Shown here piece after piece: positions 19,835 to 29,531 of a DNA stretch of 64,000 bases. The notes under the pieces were generated by a model. It did not search any database. It saw only the letters and a program-made list of their open reading frames with translations, and had not been told where the DNA came from. Each line of letters begins with the position of its first letter. The stretch's first letter is position 1. Source of the DNA: an uncultured Bacteroidota bacterium (GTDB lineage Bacteria > Bacteroidota > Bacteroidia > Chitinophagales > LD1). Position numbers and translations under genes: made by a program. The stretch spans positions 604 to 64,603 of the forward strand of contig CAISWS010000066.1 of assembly GCA_903889265.1 (NCBI GenBank). The letters run 5' to 3'.

Positions 19835-21577
19835 TTACTGTTTCACAAACATCTTCACCACCGGCGCCTGCTTATCTGCTTGTATACTTACAGCATAAAT
19901 GCCTGCGCTTAAATTGGCAACATTCAATTCCTGACGCTGAGTGACATTTAAAGGACCGGTAGATACCGATTGCCCTAACACATCATATATGTTATACTGC
20001 AAGGTGCTTATAGTTTTTACATCCGCCAGTTGCAGATATAATTTATCCGTAGCCGGGTTTGGGTAAAGTAAAATATCATTTGCACTAACCAGGTTTTGGC
20101 TACCGGTAGGGGTAGTGGTGTGGGTAGTATCAGGCACCACAAGCTGCGGGGCTACAGATATAGTACGGAAGTTGGAAAAGGACATATTAGAAGCCCGGTT
20201 TGGATCGCAATTAACCGTTAAAGTGTAGCCCAACATATACTGCATTTGTGTGCTATCGGGTGCCTGGTCAACCCACGTAGTGTCGGTTAAAGTAATACTG
20301 CTGAAGCGCAAACGCCAGCTTCCGCCGGGGTAGCGGCTAAAAATATACACCCCGCTGTAGGTAAGCGGTACACTGTTATTCCATACCAGCAGCGGAAGGC
20401 CACCCACCATTGTATCAACCGTTAAAATCGAGGGGGTAAAACCATCGTAATTGCTGGCGGCATCGCCGCAGGTTGTAACCGCCCCAAGGGTGTAAATGTC
20501 GGTATAGAAAGGCGCGCCGTTAAGCGTGCTATTTCCTGTTACCCGCGAAAAGGTATCAATTATCTTTCCGGTAGCCGCGCCTGCAATCTGCCCAACGGTA
20601 AGCAAATAGTTTTGGCCTAGTGAATCCTGTCGGTATAAAGTATAGTTGGCTATGTTATTAAACCAGTCATCTTTTTCAAAAACCAGGGTAATGCCATTGT
20701 TTTGTGTCAGGCTGCTATCACAGGTAGCATAACAAACACTGGGTACATGAAAAAATCCGGAAGTGCTGGTAAAATCAAGAGGCGGTATAGTAGAACAGCC
20801 GGTGATGCTGTCAAAAATTTCTAACGACGGCTGCCCGGAGGTTCCGATTATCTGGAAAGTCTGCCCGGAGTCCTCGATAATATTTGGCGGAAAAATGTTT
20901 ATCGAATCAGGGAAAACAGTCCAGTAATATTTATATCCCGGGCCGGTGGGCTGAACTACCGTTAACGTAGTACTATCGAAGTGGCAATTAGTCACCGGGT
21001 TAGACGAACTGAGTTGCACCGTAAAATTGCAATTAACCGGTGCCGGCAACGTTTGCGAACAGGCTTTATTTAAATTTAATATATTAATAGGTGAGCAAGG
21101 CGCATTCTGAGCCACCACGTTCAGGAAAAACTGGAACCCCAGGTTTTCCAGGCTACCACTAAAATTACCCAGTGCAGTATGTGCCGTTCCGTACATGTTT
21201 ATCTGATACGCGCCTGCAACATCATTGGCTGTACCTGAAAGGAGCAGGCAAGCGCGGGAGCCACCCATATAAGTAAACGTACTGTTATCACAGCTCCAGC
21301 AAAGGCCACATGGCAGGTTAGTAATGGAGTCAATCACAATGGTATCTACCGGTATCCATAACCCAAACTGAAAAACCGAATCAGGAAATAATACCTGCAC
21401 CACCTGGCTATATGGAGTGCTGTTATGTACACACGGAAAGGTGGTATAATCCGTTATTCCGGGGCTGGTAAAAGTATTATTAGCGCTACAGATATTAGCG
21501 CCCGAAGTGCCGCAATATTGCGCAAGAGATACTTTTACAGTAAGCACCATTAAAACAAAGAGTAAACGTATTTTCAT
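19835..21577 (-). CDS. secreted Cys-rich protein with T9SS type-A C-terminal sorting domain
   Basis: Signal peptide. The C-terminus reads ILLYPNPATDKLYLQL...LSAGIYAVSIQADKQAPVVKMFVKQ. Confidence 0.7.
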   Translation of the reverse strand: MKIRLLFVLMVLTVKVSLAQYCGTSGANICSANNTFTSPGITDYTTFPCVHNSTPYSQVVQVLFPDSVFQFGLWIPVDTIVIDSITNLPCGLCWSCDNSTFTYMGGSRACLLLSGTANDVAGAYQINMYGTAHTALGNFSGSLENLGFQFFLNVVAQNAPCSPINILNLNKACSQTLPAPVNCNFTVQLSSSNPVTNCHFDSTTLTVVQPTGPGYKYYWTVFPDSINIFPPNIIEDSGQTFQIIGTSGQPSLEIFDSITGCSTIPPLDFTSTSGFFHVPSVCYATCDSSLTQNNGITLVFEKDDWFNNIANYTLYRQDSLGQNYLLTVGQIAGAATGKIIDTFSRVTGNSTLNGAPFYTDIYTLGAVTTCGDAASNYDGFTPSILTVDTMVGGLPLLVWNNSVPLTYSGVYIFSRYPGGSWRLRFSSITLTDTTWVDQAPDSTQMQYMLGYTLTVNCDPNRASNMSFSNFRTISVAPQLVVPDTTHTTTPTGSQNLVSANDILLYPNPATDKLYLQLADVKTISTLQYNIYDVLGQSVSTGPLNVTQRQELNVANLSAGIYAVSIQADKQAPVVKMFVKQ

Positions 21578-21674
21578 TTAATTTGCATTAAGGGCGCAAA
21601 TATATCGGAAATATGTTAAGCTATAATGAATTACAGGCAAAACCTGTTATTTTTTACCTGTTAAATAAAAGGAT

Positions 21675-22049
21675 ATGAAAGGCTTTAAAACAATTCTGTT
21701 CCTTACCATTAGCAACACATTTATGACGTTTGCCTGGTACGGGCATCTTAAATTCAAAGATTTCAGCTGGGGCAAAAACCTTGGAATGTTCGCAATTATC
21801 CTAATAAGCTGGGGCATGGCTTTTTTTGAATATCTTTTTCAGGTACCCGCCAACGAACAGGGGTTTAAAAGTAACGGTGGCCCCTTTACCCTTGTGCAGT
21901 TAAAAACCATTCAGGAAGCTATTACGCTTACCGTTTTTATGGCTTTTACTTTACTATTCTTTAAGGATGAAAAACTGGGCTGGAACCACCTGCTGGGCTT
22001 TGCGCTGATAGTGCTGGCGGTATTTATAATATTTAAGAAGTGGGATTGA
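21675..22049 (+). CDS. DMT-superfamily small membrane protein (DUF486)
   Basis: 124 aa with 4 TM helices. MTFAWYGHLKF is the DUF486 signature. Confidence 0.7.
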   Translation: MKGFKTILFLTISNTFMTFAWYGHLKFKDFSWGKNLGMFAIILISWGMAFFEYLFQVPANEQGFKSNGGPFTLVQLKTIQEAITLTVFMAFTLLFFKDEKLGWNHLLGFALIVLAVFIIFKKWD

Positions 22050-22059
22050 TTGTCGGAAA

Positions 22060-22085
22060 GCAGGCACTATGGTTGATATGCCTGC
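22060..22085. terminator. hairpin between convergent genes
   Basis: GCAGGCA-12 nt-TGCCTGC with flanking A and T runs. Confidence 0.4.
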
Positions 22086-22114
22086 AAAAAAGCAATACAT
22101 ATCCGCTTTTTAAA

Positions 22115-22780
22115 TTATGGTGCGATATGATAACTGATTAACTGCGATGTTATAATATCGGGTGACTCGGAGAAAAATGTTGTAGCAAAAGTAATCCCTA
22201 CTCCTTTTGAAAAGTACAGGTAAGAGAATCTGGGACTGCTAACTCCGGCCGGTGGTGCATAAGGCGCAATATAAGAGGTACTTTTAATTACCTGCAACGC
22301 GGTAAAAGTACCCGCGGTAACGTTAATAGTGGTATCAGGATTTCCGGTTTGCGTTATTACCTCCAAGATATTTTCGTTCACTGCATTCAGGGTATCATTT
22401 CGGTGATTAGTGAGCTTATAAATCCAGCTTGACATTTGCGTGGTGCCCGGGTTACTATACTCAACAACACAACCGGCACTATCACGATAATAGGAGTCAT
22501 TTATTCCCGCAAAATAACCACCCGTTACCATATAATAGGTAATGCCATTAATAGTTGTATCTGAAGCCACCCTCACTGTATCGATCTGAGTAACATGAGG
22601 GCTGCCCGGCTCTACCACCTGATAGACCCAGAAATTACCGGTTGCCAATGGGGGAAAATATAGGAGGAACCCTTCATGGCTTTTTGCGTTTGGGTAATAA
22701 AACGCAGGGCTGGTATATTTATTTTGCCGAAGATGTATATATATGCAGTTGTGATGTCTTTCCGGAGGTTCCGGGTTCAT
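22115..22780 (-). CDS. hypothetical protein (beta-rich, no recognisable signal peptide)
   Basis: 221-aa ORF with no recognisable motif. Only 65 nt separate it from the divergent rhomboid gene. Confidence 0.35.
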   Translation of the reverse strand: MNPEPPERHHNCIYIHLRQNKYTSPAFYYPNAKSHEGFLLYFPPLATGNFWVYQVVEPGSPHVTQIDTVRVASDTTINGITYYMVTGGYFAGINDSYYRDSAGCVVEYSNPGTTQMSSWIYKLTNHRNDTLNAVNENILEVITQTGNPDTTINVTAGTFTALQVIKSTSYIAPYAPPAGVSSPRFSYLYFSKGVGITFATTFFSESPDIITSQLISYHIAP

Positions 22781-22845
22781 ATAGCAAATTTTTTACTTTC
22801 AAATTCTACTACGAGGTAACTATCAATCCGCATTAAACTTCAGCT

Positions 22846-24417
22846 ATGGGAAACATCCTGCTTAAAACCCGTCTGTTTATTCAACCCTTTATTTTGGTGG
22901 CAATTGGCACCATTGCATTGTACAGCCTGGTGCATGGCTTGTATATATATTGCGGCCTTGACCTGTTAAACCAGGAAGTGGTTGAGTACTTTATTCCTAT
23001 TGCGTTACCAATTATCCCAATTTATATTTGGCTGTACCCACGATATAAACTGATACAAGCCAGAAAGGGCAAAGACCAGGACTTTAATATGGCCTTGTTT
23101 GCTGCGGTGGCAATTATAGCCCCTTTGATTATTTCGCAAATGTATTTGGATAAAGCTGTTGGTTCACTCGTAAAGCTGGATAACACTACTGAAATAAACA
23201 CAAAGCCACAGAGCAAATATTACGAACTTAAAAACTGCTATTTTGATAAGCAGTACGCAGGGTTTCATGGAAAATCAGATGTAAGCGGAAGGCATAGCCA
23301 AGACCTTAACTTTCATATATACGTTGCCCTCCCTATTTTTAAAGATGCAGATGACACTGCTAATAATGTAAATACACTTTGGTTGGGCAGGGTTTACAAC
23401 AAAACGGTAGGCAACCACGGCACAGAAGAAGAAAAGGATAAAAAATACGATGATTTCAGAAAGACAGTGATTGAAGATTTTGATACCCGCGATTTTAAAC
23501 AGTTTGTTTACTTAAAAAGGGAGCCAAAATCTGAAGACCGGAATAATTTTATAAAAGCGATTGACCGCAGCGGAAAAGCCCATCCGCAAACACTGAATAT
23601 TTTAACTGCGGAAACAGAACCTTTCGAAAACAGGACGGGCAGCCTGTTACAATGGATTTTTATAGCCTTTGGCATAGGTACCGTTGTGTACAGTCTGATT
23701 GCACTATTTCAGAAAATAGATATGGATAAGCTTCAGCTTTATCAGGCAGGCAAACCAACTGAGGAAGAGGACCCCGATAGCAGTGTGTGGAGGCTATTGG
23801 TACCCAAAAAGGACTTTTTTATCACCCCCATTTTGCTCGACCTGAATATTGGAATATACCTGGTAATGGTATTCTGCGGTTTGGGTATCATGTCTTTTAG
23901 CAGCGACGACCTTTTAAAGTGGGGGGCCGATTACAGGCCCTTAACCATTAACGGCCAGTGGTGGCGCCTTGTCACCAGCATGTTTTTACATGGGGGCCTA
24001 ATGCATATTGTTGGCAATATGGTAGGGCTGCTTTTTGTAGGCGCTTTTCTTGAACCGGTATTGGGCCGGGCTAAGTATTTGTTTGCATATCTGGTTACCG
24101 GCATTATATCAAGCGGTGCAAGTATATGGTGGCATGTAGCCACTGTAAGCGTAGGCGCTTCAGGAGCTATTTTTGGTTTGTTCGGCGTTTTCCTCGCCTT
24201 ACTGCTATTAAAGGTTTTCCCTGATGGGGTAAAAAAAAGTATGCTGGTTGTTACCCTGCTTTTTATCGGATACAACCTGGCCATGGGCCTTACCGGCGGC
24301 ATTGATAACGCAGCCCACATAGGAGGGCTTATAAGCGGTTTAGTACTGGGGGTTATTTTTTCGTTTACTCTTGAAAAGCAGCAACTGGTTAAGGAAACCC
24401 CAGGTACAGACGCGTAA
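22846..24417 (+). CDS. rhomboid family intramembrane serine protease with a long N-terminal extension
   Basis: The C-terminal core has WWRLVTSMFLHGGLMHIVGNM, the catalytic Ser in GASGAIFGLFG, and the catalytic His in AAHIGGLISG. It is preceded by about 330 aa holding 3 TM helices and a charged soluble segment. Confidence 0.8.
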   Translation: MGNILLKTRLFIQPFILVAIGTIALYSLVHGLYIYCGLDLLNQEVVEYFIPIALPIIPIYIWLYPRYKLIQARKGKDQDFNMALFAAVAIIAPLIISQMYLDKAVGSLVKLDNTTEINTKPQSKYYELKNCYFDKQYAGFHGKSDVSGRHSQDLNFHIYVALPIFKDADDTANNVNTLWLGRVYNKTVGNHGTEEEKDKKYDDFRKTVIEDFDTRDFKQFVYLKREPKSEDRNNFIKAIDRSGKAHPQTLNILTAETEPFENRTGSLLQWIFIAFGIGTVVYSLIALFQKIDMDKLQLYQAGKPTEEEDPDSSVWRLLVPKKDFFITPILLDLNIGIYLVMVFCGLGIMSFSSDDLLKWGADYRPLTINGQWWRLVTSMFLHGGLMHIVGNMVGLLFVGAFLEPVLGRAKYLFAYLVTGIISSGASIWWHVATVSVGASGAIFGLFGVFLALLLLKVFPDGVKKSMLVVTLLFIGYNLAMGLTGGIDNAAHIGGLISGLVLGVIFSFTLEKQQLVKETPGTDA

Positions 24418-24450
24418 TAGAATTGTTTTTAACTTTACTTATCAGTTATA

Positions 24451-25815
24451 ATGAAAAACGCACTCACATTAATTACATGCTTGTTTTTAATAACCCAGGT
24501 TGACGCACAGGCGTTTTTACCCGGCTATAACAGTTCGTTTTACCCCGATGTGTACTCAGCCGCGCTGAACATTGCAAAACCTTTTTTGTATCAGCAGGAT
24601 TACTTAACACAACAGGGGCTTACCGTAAATGATACAATACTTGTTTATAACAGCGGGCAGTATGGAGTGTACGATAATTATCAAAATCCCGGGGCAGGAT
24701 ATTATATCGGCTTGTCAGATTATGCGGCATATGGGATTCAGGGTTTTCAAACTATCTGGCCCACACAAATTCCTGATGTCTTCTACAGCTCACCCGCTTC
24801 CTTATTTAACGGCACAGTTGATTGCGTGGGTTACGGCACCCGTTTACTTTCGGCAACCGGTGATACCAGTACAAAAGGCAACGCTTATCTGAACATTATT
24901 AACACTATCCGCACTCAGAACTACTCGCCATTTGCCCACAAGGGATATGTAGCTACAGCTTATCAGTTTGCGGTAGCATTTCCAACGCTTCCCACTTCCG
25001 TAAGCACCGGTTGGGAGTATATTTCAGGCAACGTTGAAGATTCTTTAATCAATGCATATAATCACAATATTCAAAGCGGCCTGTCAGATTACAACGGCGT
25101 GCGCAAAGGAAGCTTTGCACAAACACAACCCGGCGATGTAATGGCATTTGGATATTCGGCAGCATCCTCGTCAAACGGTCATTTTGTTATTCTGGAAACA
25201 CAACCGCAATTGCTTGACTACGGAACACTTTCGGGCTATTTACCCTCCCAAAGCAGCACAAATCTTAACAGCCTCTTATCACGTTTTAATGTTTATGCGG
25301 TGCCAGTTTACGACTGTTCAGGCCTACAGGCGCATTTCCGCGATTCGCGCACCCAAATGAGCGGCATCGGCCACGGCACCTTGATTATGCTCACAGATCC
25401 TGTAGATGATGCCCCCATGGGTTATGTTTTTGATACGCTGCAGGCTGAAGGTAACACTTTGAATTATGATAGCCTGGGAGAGCATGTGTATGCCATATCG
25501 GTTGGCCGGTTTGTAACAACCCCTGCTAACTCCTTACAGCAGGTTAATCCGGATCAATCCTTAATGATTTACCCCAATCCAACGCAGGGCTTAATTAATA
25601 TCAAATTATCATCTGCACCGGATGGTGCCACAGCTACCCTGTATAATTTACTTGGGCAAAAAATAAATAGCTGGCAATTAGGCCCGGTACCGGCTAACGG
25701 CATATGCACCTTAAACTTGGGCGTTATTGCTGTAGGTACCTACCTGCTACATGTTTCGGATTCAGCGGGTAACGGGATGTACCGTGACAACGTGTTCATC
25801 TGCTCAAAGAGGTAA
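24451..25815 (+). CDS. secreted protein with T9SS type-A C-terminal sorting domain
   Basis: Signal peptide. The C-terminus reads LMIYPNPTQGLINIKL...VGTYLLHVSDSAGN. Confidence 0.7.
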   Translation: MKNALTLITCLFLITQVDAQAFLPGYNSSFYPDVYSAALNIAKPFLYQQDYLTQQGLTVNDTILVYNSGQYGVYDNYQNPGAGYYIGLSDYAAYGIQGFQTIWPTQIPDVFYSSPASLFNGTVDCVGYGTRLLSATGDTSTKGNAYLNIINTIRTQNYSPFAHKGYVATAYQFAVAFPTLPTSVSTGWEYISGNVEDSLINAYNHNIQSGLSDYNGVRKGSFAQTQPGDVMAFGYSAASSSNGHFVILETQPQLLDYGTLSGYLPSQSSTNLNSLLSRFNVYAVPVYDCSGLQAHFRDSRTQMSGIGHGTLIMLTDPVDDAPMGYVFDTLQAEGNTLNYDSLGEHVYAISVGRFVTTPANSLQQVNPDQSLMIYPNPTQGLINIKLSSAPDGATATLYNLLGQKINSWQLGPVPANGICTLNLGVIAVGTYLLHVSDSAGNGMYRDNVFICSKR

Positions 25816-25963
25816 ATATCCGGCGATGCAAAGTTTTTTGCGCCTGACGGAAAAATTTCTTCAAAATTTTCAACCGTAATTTATTTGTGCCCGTATATAA
25901 CATACAAGCGGCACGTTGATAGCAGATACGTGCAAATTAATAACCCTACTAAAACCTACACCT

Positions 25964-26254
25964 ATGAACCTGTTCTACGATCCATCTATCACCGAACTCC
26001 GCCAATTAGTTGACAGCGCTGAAAAATCACTGAACGTACACAATGTGGTGGTTGATTTTGACGGCGAAGTAATTATTGACCCTGAAATGAAATATAAAGG
26101 AATAGACCTGAACAGGTTTAAATTCCGCACCCAGATAAGCCAGGCCATTAAAGGAAATGCAAGAAGCATGAGGGCGCTGTTTGAAACCCTATTGGAGGCT
26201 TATCACAGAAACAGCCAGGCAATTGAACTGCACAGACTTAGAAACGCTGCGTAA
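25964..26254 (+). CDS. hypothetical small cytoplasmic protein
   Basis: 97 aa from ATG 25964. Followed by a strong terminator. Confidence 0.4.
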   Translation: MNLFYDPSITELRQLVDSAEKSLNVHNVVVDFDGEVIIDPEMKYKGIDLNRFKFRTQISQAIKGNARSMRALFETLLEAYHRNSQAIELHRLRNAA

Positions 26255-26310
26255 GTTGTATTTATAAAATTGGCATACCGCTTATACCGGTATGATGAAA
26301 CATAATAGGG

Positions 26311-26347
26311 AAAAAGGATGGGGCTCGCGAAGAACCTCATCCTTTTT
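26311..26347. terminator. bidirectional intrinsic terminator
   Basis: AAAAAGGATGGGG-loop-CCTCATCCTTTTTCGTTTT. A 9-bp stem including one G-U pair, with an A-run before and a T-run after, between convergent small genes. Confidence 0.7.
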
Positions 26348-26355
26348 CGTTTTGG

Positions 26356-26610
26356 TTAACCCTGAGTTAATCTTATAATCCTTCTGTTATTGGCCAATAT
26401 AGTAACCGGCCGGGCCTGCAATAACTTCAGGTCTTCTAAAATTAAAGCAGTTCCTCTTCTTATGTGGCGCCGGTGGGCCTGTTTGGCATAGTGCTTCTGC
26501 CGGGTGCGGCTTTCTTTAAGCCGGGGCTGCTTTTGGGCATCAGGGAAATTCTGCCCATAAAGCAGGCAGGTAAAAAACACAGCAATTATTAGCGTTATAA
26601 AACGTGGCAT
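26356..26610 (-). CDS. hypothetical small basic secreted protein
   Basis: 84 aa. Signal peptide MPRFITLIIAVFFTCLLYGQ followed by an Arg/Lys/His-rich sequence. Confidence 0.35.
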   Translation of the reverse strand: MPRFITLIIAVFFTCLLYGQNFPDAQKQPRLKESRTRQKHYAKQAHRRHIRRGTALILEDLKLLQARPVTILANNRRIIRLTQG

Positions 26611-26751
26611 AAAGAAGTTAGTGTTAGGTGATTTTACAGATGGTTAAAGGTAAAAAAATTTATCTCCGGGTTATGTAAAGCGCTTTCACATCAAAGAAAT
26701 CCGGTTTCTGCCTCATTTTCCCTAATATTGACCCAAGTAAATTTATAAGAT

Positions 26752-29364
26752 ATGTTGAGGAAAATATTTATCGGGTTGCTGGTTTTTCTTATGTTTTTTA
26801 TTGGCATACTGGCATTGGTGCCGCTGATATTTAAAGATAAGCTGATGCAGATTGCCCGGCAGGAAATAAACCAGCAGCTAACGGCAAAGGTTGATTGGAC
26901 AGATATGGGCGTTTCGGCATTTAAGGATTTTCCCAACATCAGCGTTTATATGAAAAATCTGGTGGTGGTTAACGATACCCCTTTTAAAGGCGACACCCTG
27001 GCCGAGATAGGCGAGGTGGTAATAGGTGTTAATCCCATAAAATTATTGAATGGAAGGCACATTGATGTAAGCGCCATTATTATTACCAAACCATACGTGC
27101 ATGTAAGGGTATTGAAAGATGGAAGCGCCAACTATAATATTATGCGCCCTGACAGCGTGAAAGCACCGGTTGACACTACCAAAGGCCCCGGCTATAGCAT
27201 TGGCCTGAAGAAGTTCTATATAAAAGATGCATATATCATTTACGATGACAAGGAAGCAGGCATCTATGCCGAGCTGGACGATTTTACCAATAAATTTTCA
27301 GGTAACCTGGCCAAAAACGAATTTGAGCTTACCAATAAAGGAACAGCGGCAAAGGTGACCGTAAAAGCAGGAAAAGTTACATACCTGAATAAAGTGAAGG
27401 TGGCCTTAAATGTTACTATGGATATTGATCAGGCAAAGGGAAAATATACACTTAAAAAGAACAACATTCAGTTAAATGATTTATCGCTGGGTGTTGATGG
27501 TAATGTAGTGATGGCAAACTCAAAAAACATCACCAGCGACCTTACGCTTAAAGTAAATGAGCCCGATTTCCGGCATTTGATTTCGCTGATACCGGCGGTG
27601 TATAGCGAGGATTTTAAAAAAGTAAAAACAACTGGCAGCCTGGCTTTGGCTGGTTATGTAAAGGGTAAATACAACGGGGTAAGTTATCCGGCATTTGGTG
27701 TAAGCCTAAAGGTAGCTAACGGTACCTTCCAGTACCCCGAATTGCCTGCAGGCATTAGCGGCATCAACATTGATATAAATGCAAAGAACCCCGGAGGCAG
27801 CCTTGATAACACTGTAATTGATGTAGATAAACTGGAGGCAGTACTTGCCGGTGACCCGGTTAAAATGCACCTGCATATTACCAGCCCGGTACTTGACCCT
27901 GAAATTGAAGCAGCGGCAACAGGTAAAATTGACCTGGGTGGTGTAAAAAACTATTACCCGTTAAAGGGTGATGAACTTACCGGTAATGTGGCAGTTGATG
28001 TAAGCGCCAAAGGAAAACTTAGCGCCATTGAAAAACAACAATACCAGGACTTTGACGCCCAGGGAACTATTGAAATGAGCAATGTAAAGTATGTGAGCAA
28101 AGACCTGCCTAAGGCGGTACAGATTAACACGCTTAAACTTTCGTTTAAACCAGAGCTGGTAAGCTTGGATGCCCTCTCGGCACAAATTGGTAAAAGCGAT
28201 TTTACCGCCACCGGAGAATTGGATAATTTGCTGAATTACCTGTTTACCAAAGCCACGTTAAAAGGCAAATTAAAACTACAGGCCAACGTGCTCGACCTCA
28301 ACGAATTTTTAGCCGCCGACCCCAACGCAAAAACAACTATAACTCCTGAAAAGAAAGCCGCTCCTGCACCCAGGCCAGCGGGTAACGCAAAGGCCGCTCC
28401 AAAACCCTCATCTGCCTCGGCACAGGTACCTGCTAATATTGACTTTACCGTTGATGCTTTTGCGGGTAAGGTCTATTACACTAATGTTGTTTTAGACAGC
28501 CTGCAGGGTGAGGTAATTGTACGCAACGAAACCCTTACCCTAAATGGCCTAACCGGCAAAATATTTGATGGCGGCATAACGCTGAACGGCGACTATACCA
28601 CCTTGCACACTGAAAACCCGCAGGTTGATATGAAGATGAACCTGGATATGATTGACGTTGAAAAGGCAGCTACAGGATTTGAAAAAATGCTGGCATCAAT
28701 ACCAATAGCAAAATCCGTGCGCGGTGTGCTTTCAACGGTGCTTAGTGTTAAAACCGAGTTGGATAAAGAGATGAGTCCAAGATTAAAAACTATGGTGGCG
28801 GATGGCAGAATAGATATTCATCACCTGGATTTTAAAACGAATAAAGCAACTGAAAATCTTGCAGAACGCACTAAAATAAGCGAATTGAAAGTGCTGAAAT
28901 CGAAAGACTTTTTTACTACCGTCAAAGTGGCTAACGGCAATTTATTTGTTGAGCCGTTTAATATGCATGTAGGCAAAATTAACCTGATGGTATACGGCTC
29001 GCAGAGTTTGGACGATGGCTCGGCCTCTGATTACAGTATGGTAATGGATGCCCCGGCAGGCAGCGATACTACGGCCAAAGGCAAGCGCACCAAATTTAAA
29101 ATTGGCATGCATGGCAAAGGAACCGAAACCAATGTCCACCAGGTAGCTGATGAAAACGATACTGCTATACAAAACGCAAGCGCCGAACAGCAGAGTTTGA
29201 AAGACGCAGCCAACCAGGCCAAACAGGATGGAGAAACCAAATTTCAACAGCAACAGGATAAACGCAAACAGCTTGCCGCTGAAAAAGCACAAAAGAAAGC
29301 GGACCGGTTAAAGGCACAGGCGGAGCAGAAGGCCAAAGACCAGGCGGGTTCCACGGCGCAATAG
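26752..29364 (+). CDS. AsmA-family protein
   Basis: 870 aa with an N-terminal TM anchor and a long beta-rich body of the AsmA/TamB-like type. The C-terminal tail is Lys/Gln/Ala-rich. Confidence 0.7.
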   Translation: MLRKIFIGLLVFLMFFIGILALVPLIFKDKLMQIARQEINQQLTAKVDWTDMGVSAFKDFPNISVYMKNLVVVNDTPFKGDTLAEIGEVVIGVNPIKLLNGRHIDVSAIIITKPYVHVRVLKDGSANYNIMRPDSVKAPVDTTKGPGYSIGLKKFYIKDAYIIYDDKEAGIYAELDDFTNKFSGNLAKNEFELTNKGTAAKVTVKAGKVTYLNKVKVALNVTMDIDQAKGKYTLKKNNIQLNDLSLGVDGNVVMANSKNITSDLTLKVNEPDFRHLISLIPAVYSEDFKKVKTTGSLALAGYVKGKYNGVSYPAFGVSLKVANGTFQYPELPAGISGINIDINAKNPGGSLDNTVIDVDKLEAVLAGDPVKMHLHITSPVLDPEIEAAATGKIDLGGVKNYYPLKGDELTGNVAVDVSAKGKLSAIEKQQYQDFDAQGTIEMSNVKYVSKDLPKAVQINTLKLSFKPELVSLDALSAQIGKSDFTATGELDNLLNYLFTKATLKGKLKLQANVLDLNEFLAADPNAKTTITPEKKAAPAPRPAGNAKAAPKPSSASAQVPANIDFTVDAFAGKVYYTNVVLDSLQGEVIVRNETLTLNGLTGKIFDGGITLNGDYTTLHTENPQVDMKMNLDMIDVEKAATGFEKMLASIPIAKSVRGVLSTVLSVKTELDKEMSPRLKTMVADGRIDIHHLDFKTNKATENLAERTKISELKVLKSKDFFTTVKVANGNLFVEPFNMHVGKINLMVYGSQSLDDGSASDYSMVMDAPAGSDTTAKGKRTKFKIGMHGKGTETNVHQVADENDTAIQNASAEQQSLKDAANQAKQDGETKFQQQQDKRKQLAAEKAQKKADRLKAQAEQKAKDQAGSTAQ

Positions 29365-29388
29365 CGATTGGATTTACATGGCACAGAA

Positions 29389-29422
29389 GCCAGGGCCCCA
29401 CCCTCAAGGGCGGGGTCCTGGC
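29389..29422 (+). terminator. GC-rich hairpin downstream of the AsmA-family gene
   Basis: GCCAGGGCCCCACCC-TCAA-GGGCGGGGTCCTGGC. 15-nt arms with one wobble and one mismatch. No T-run follows. Confidence 0.4.
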
Positions 29423-29493
29423 AAACCCTTCAATAGCTGAGGCTATAGCCCTTTAAACTAAAACACCCAAAGCTTATTTTGCCATTGCAACAC

Positions 29494-29527
29494 AAAAAAG
29501 CCCACCGGTTTAAACCGGTGGGCTTTT
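29494..29527. terminator. bidirectional intrinsic terminator
   Basis: AAAAAAGCCCACCGGTTTAAACCGGTGGGCTTTT, a perfect 10-bp stem flanked by A and T runs. Confidence 0.75.
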
Positions 29528-29531
29528 AAAT

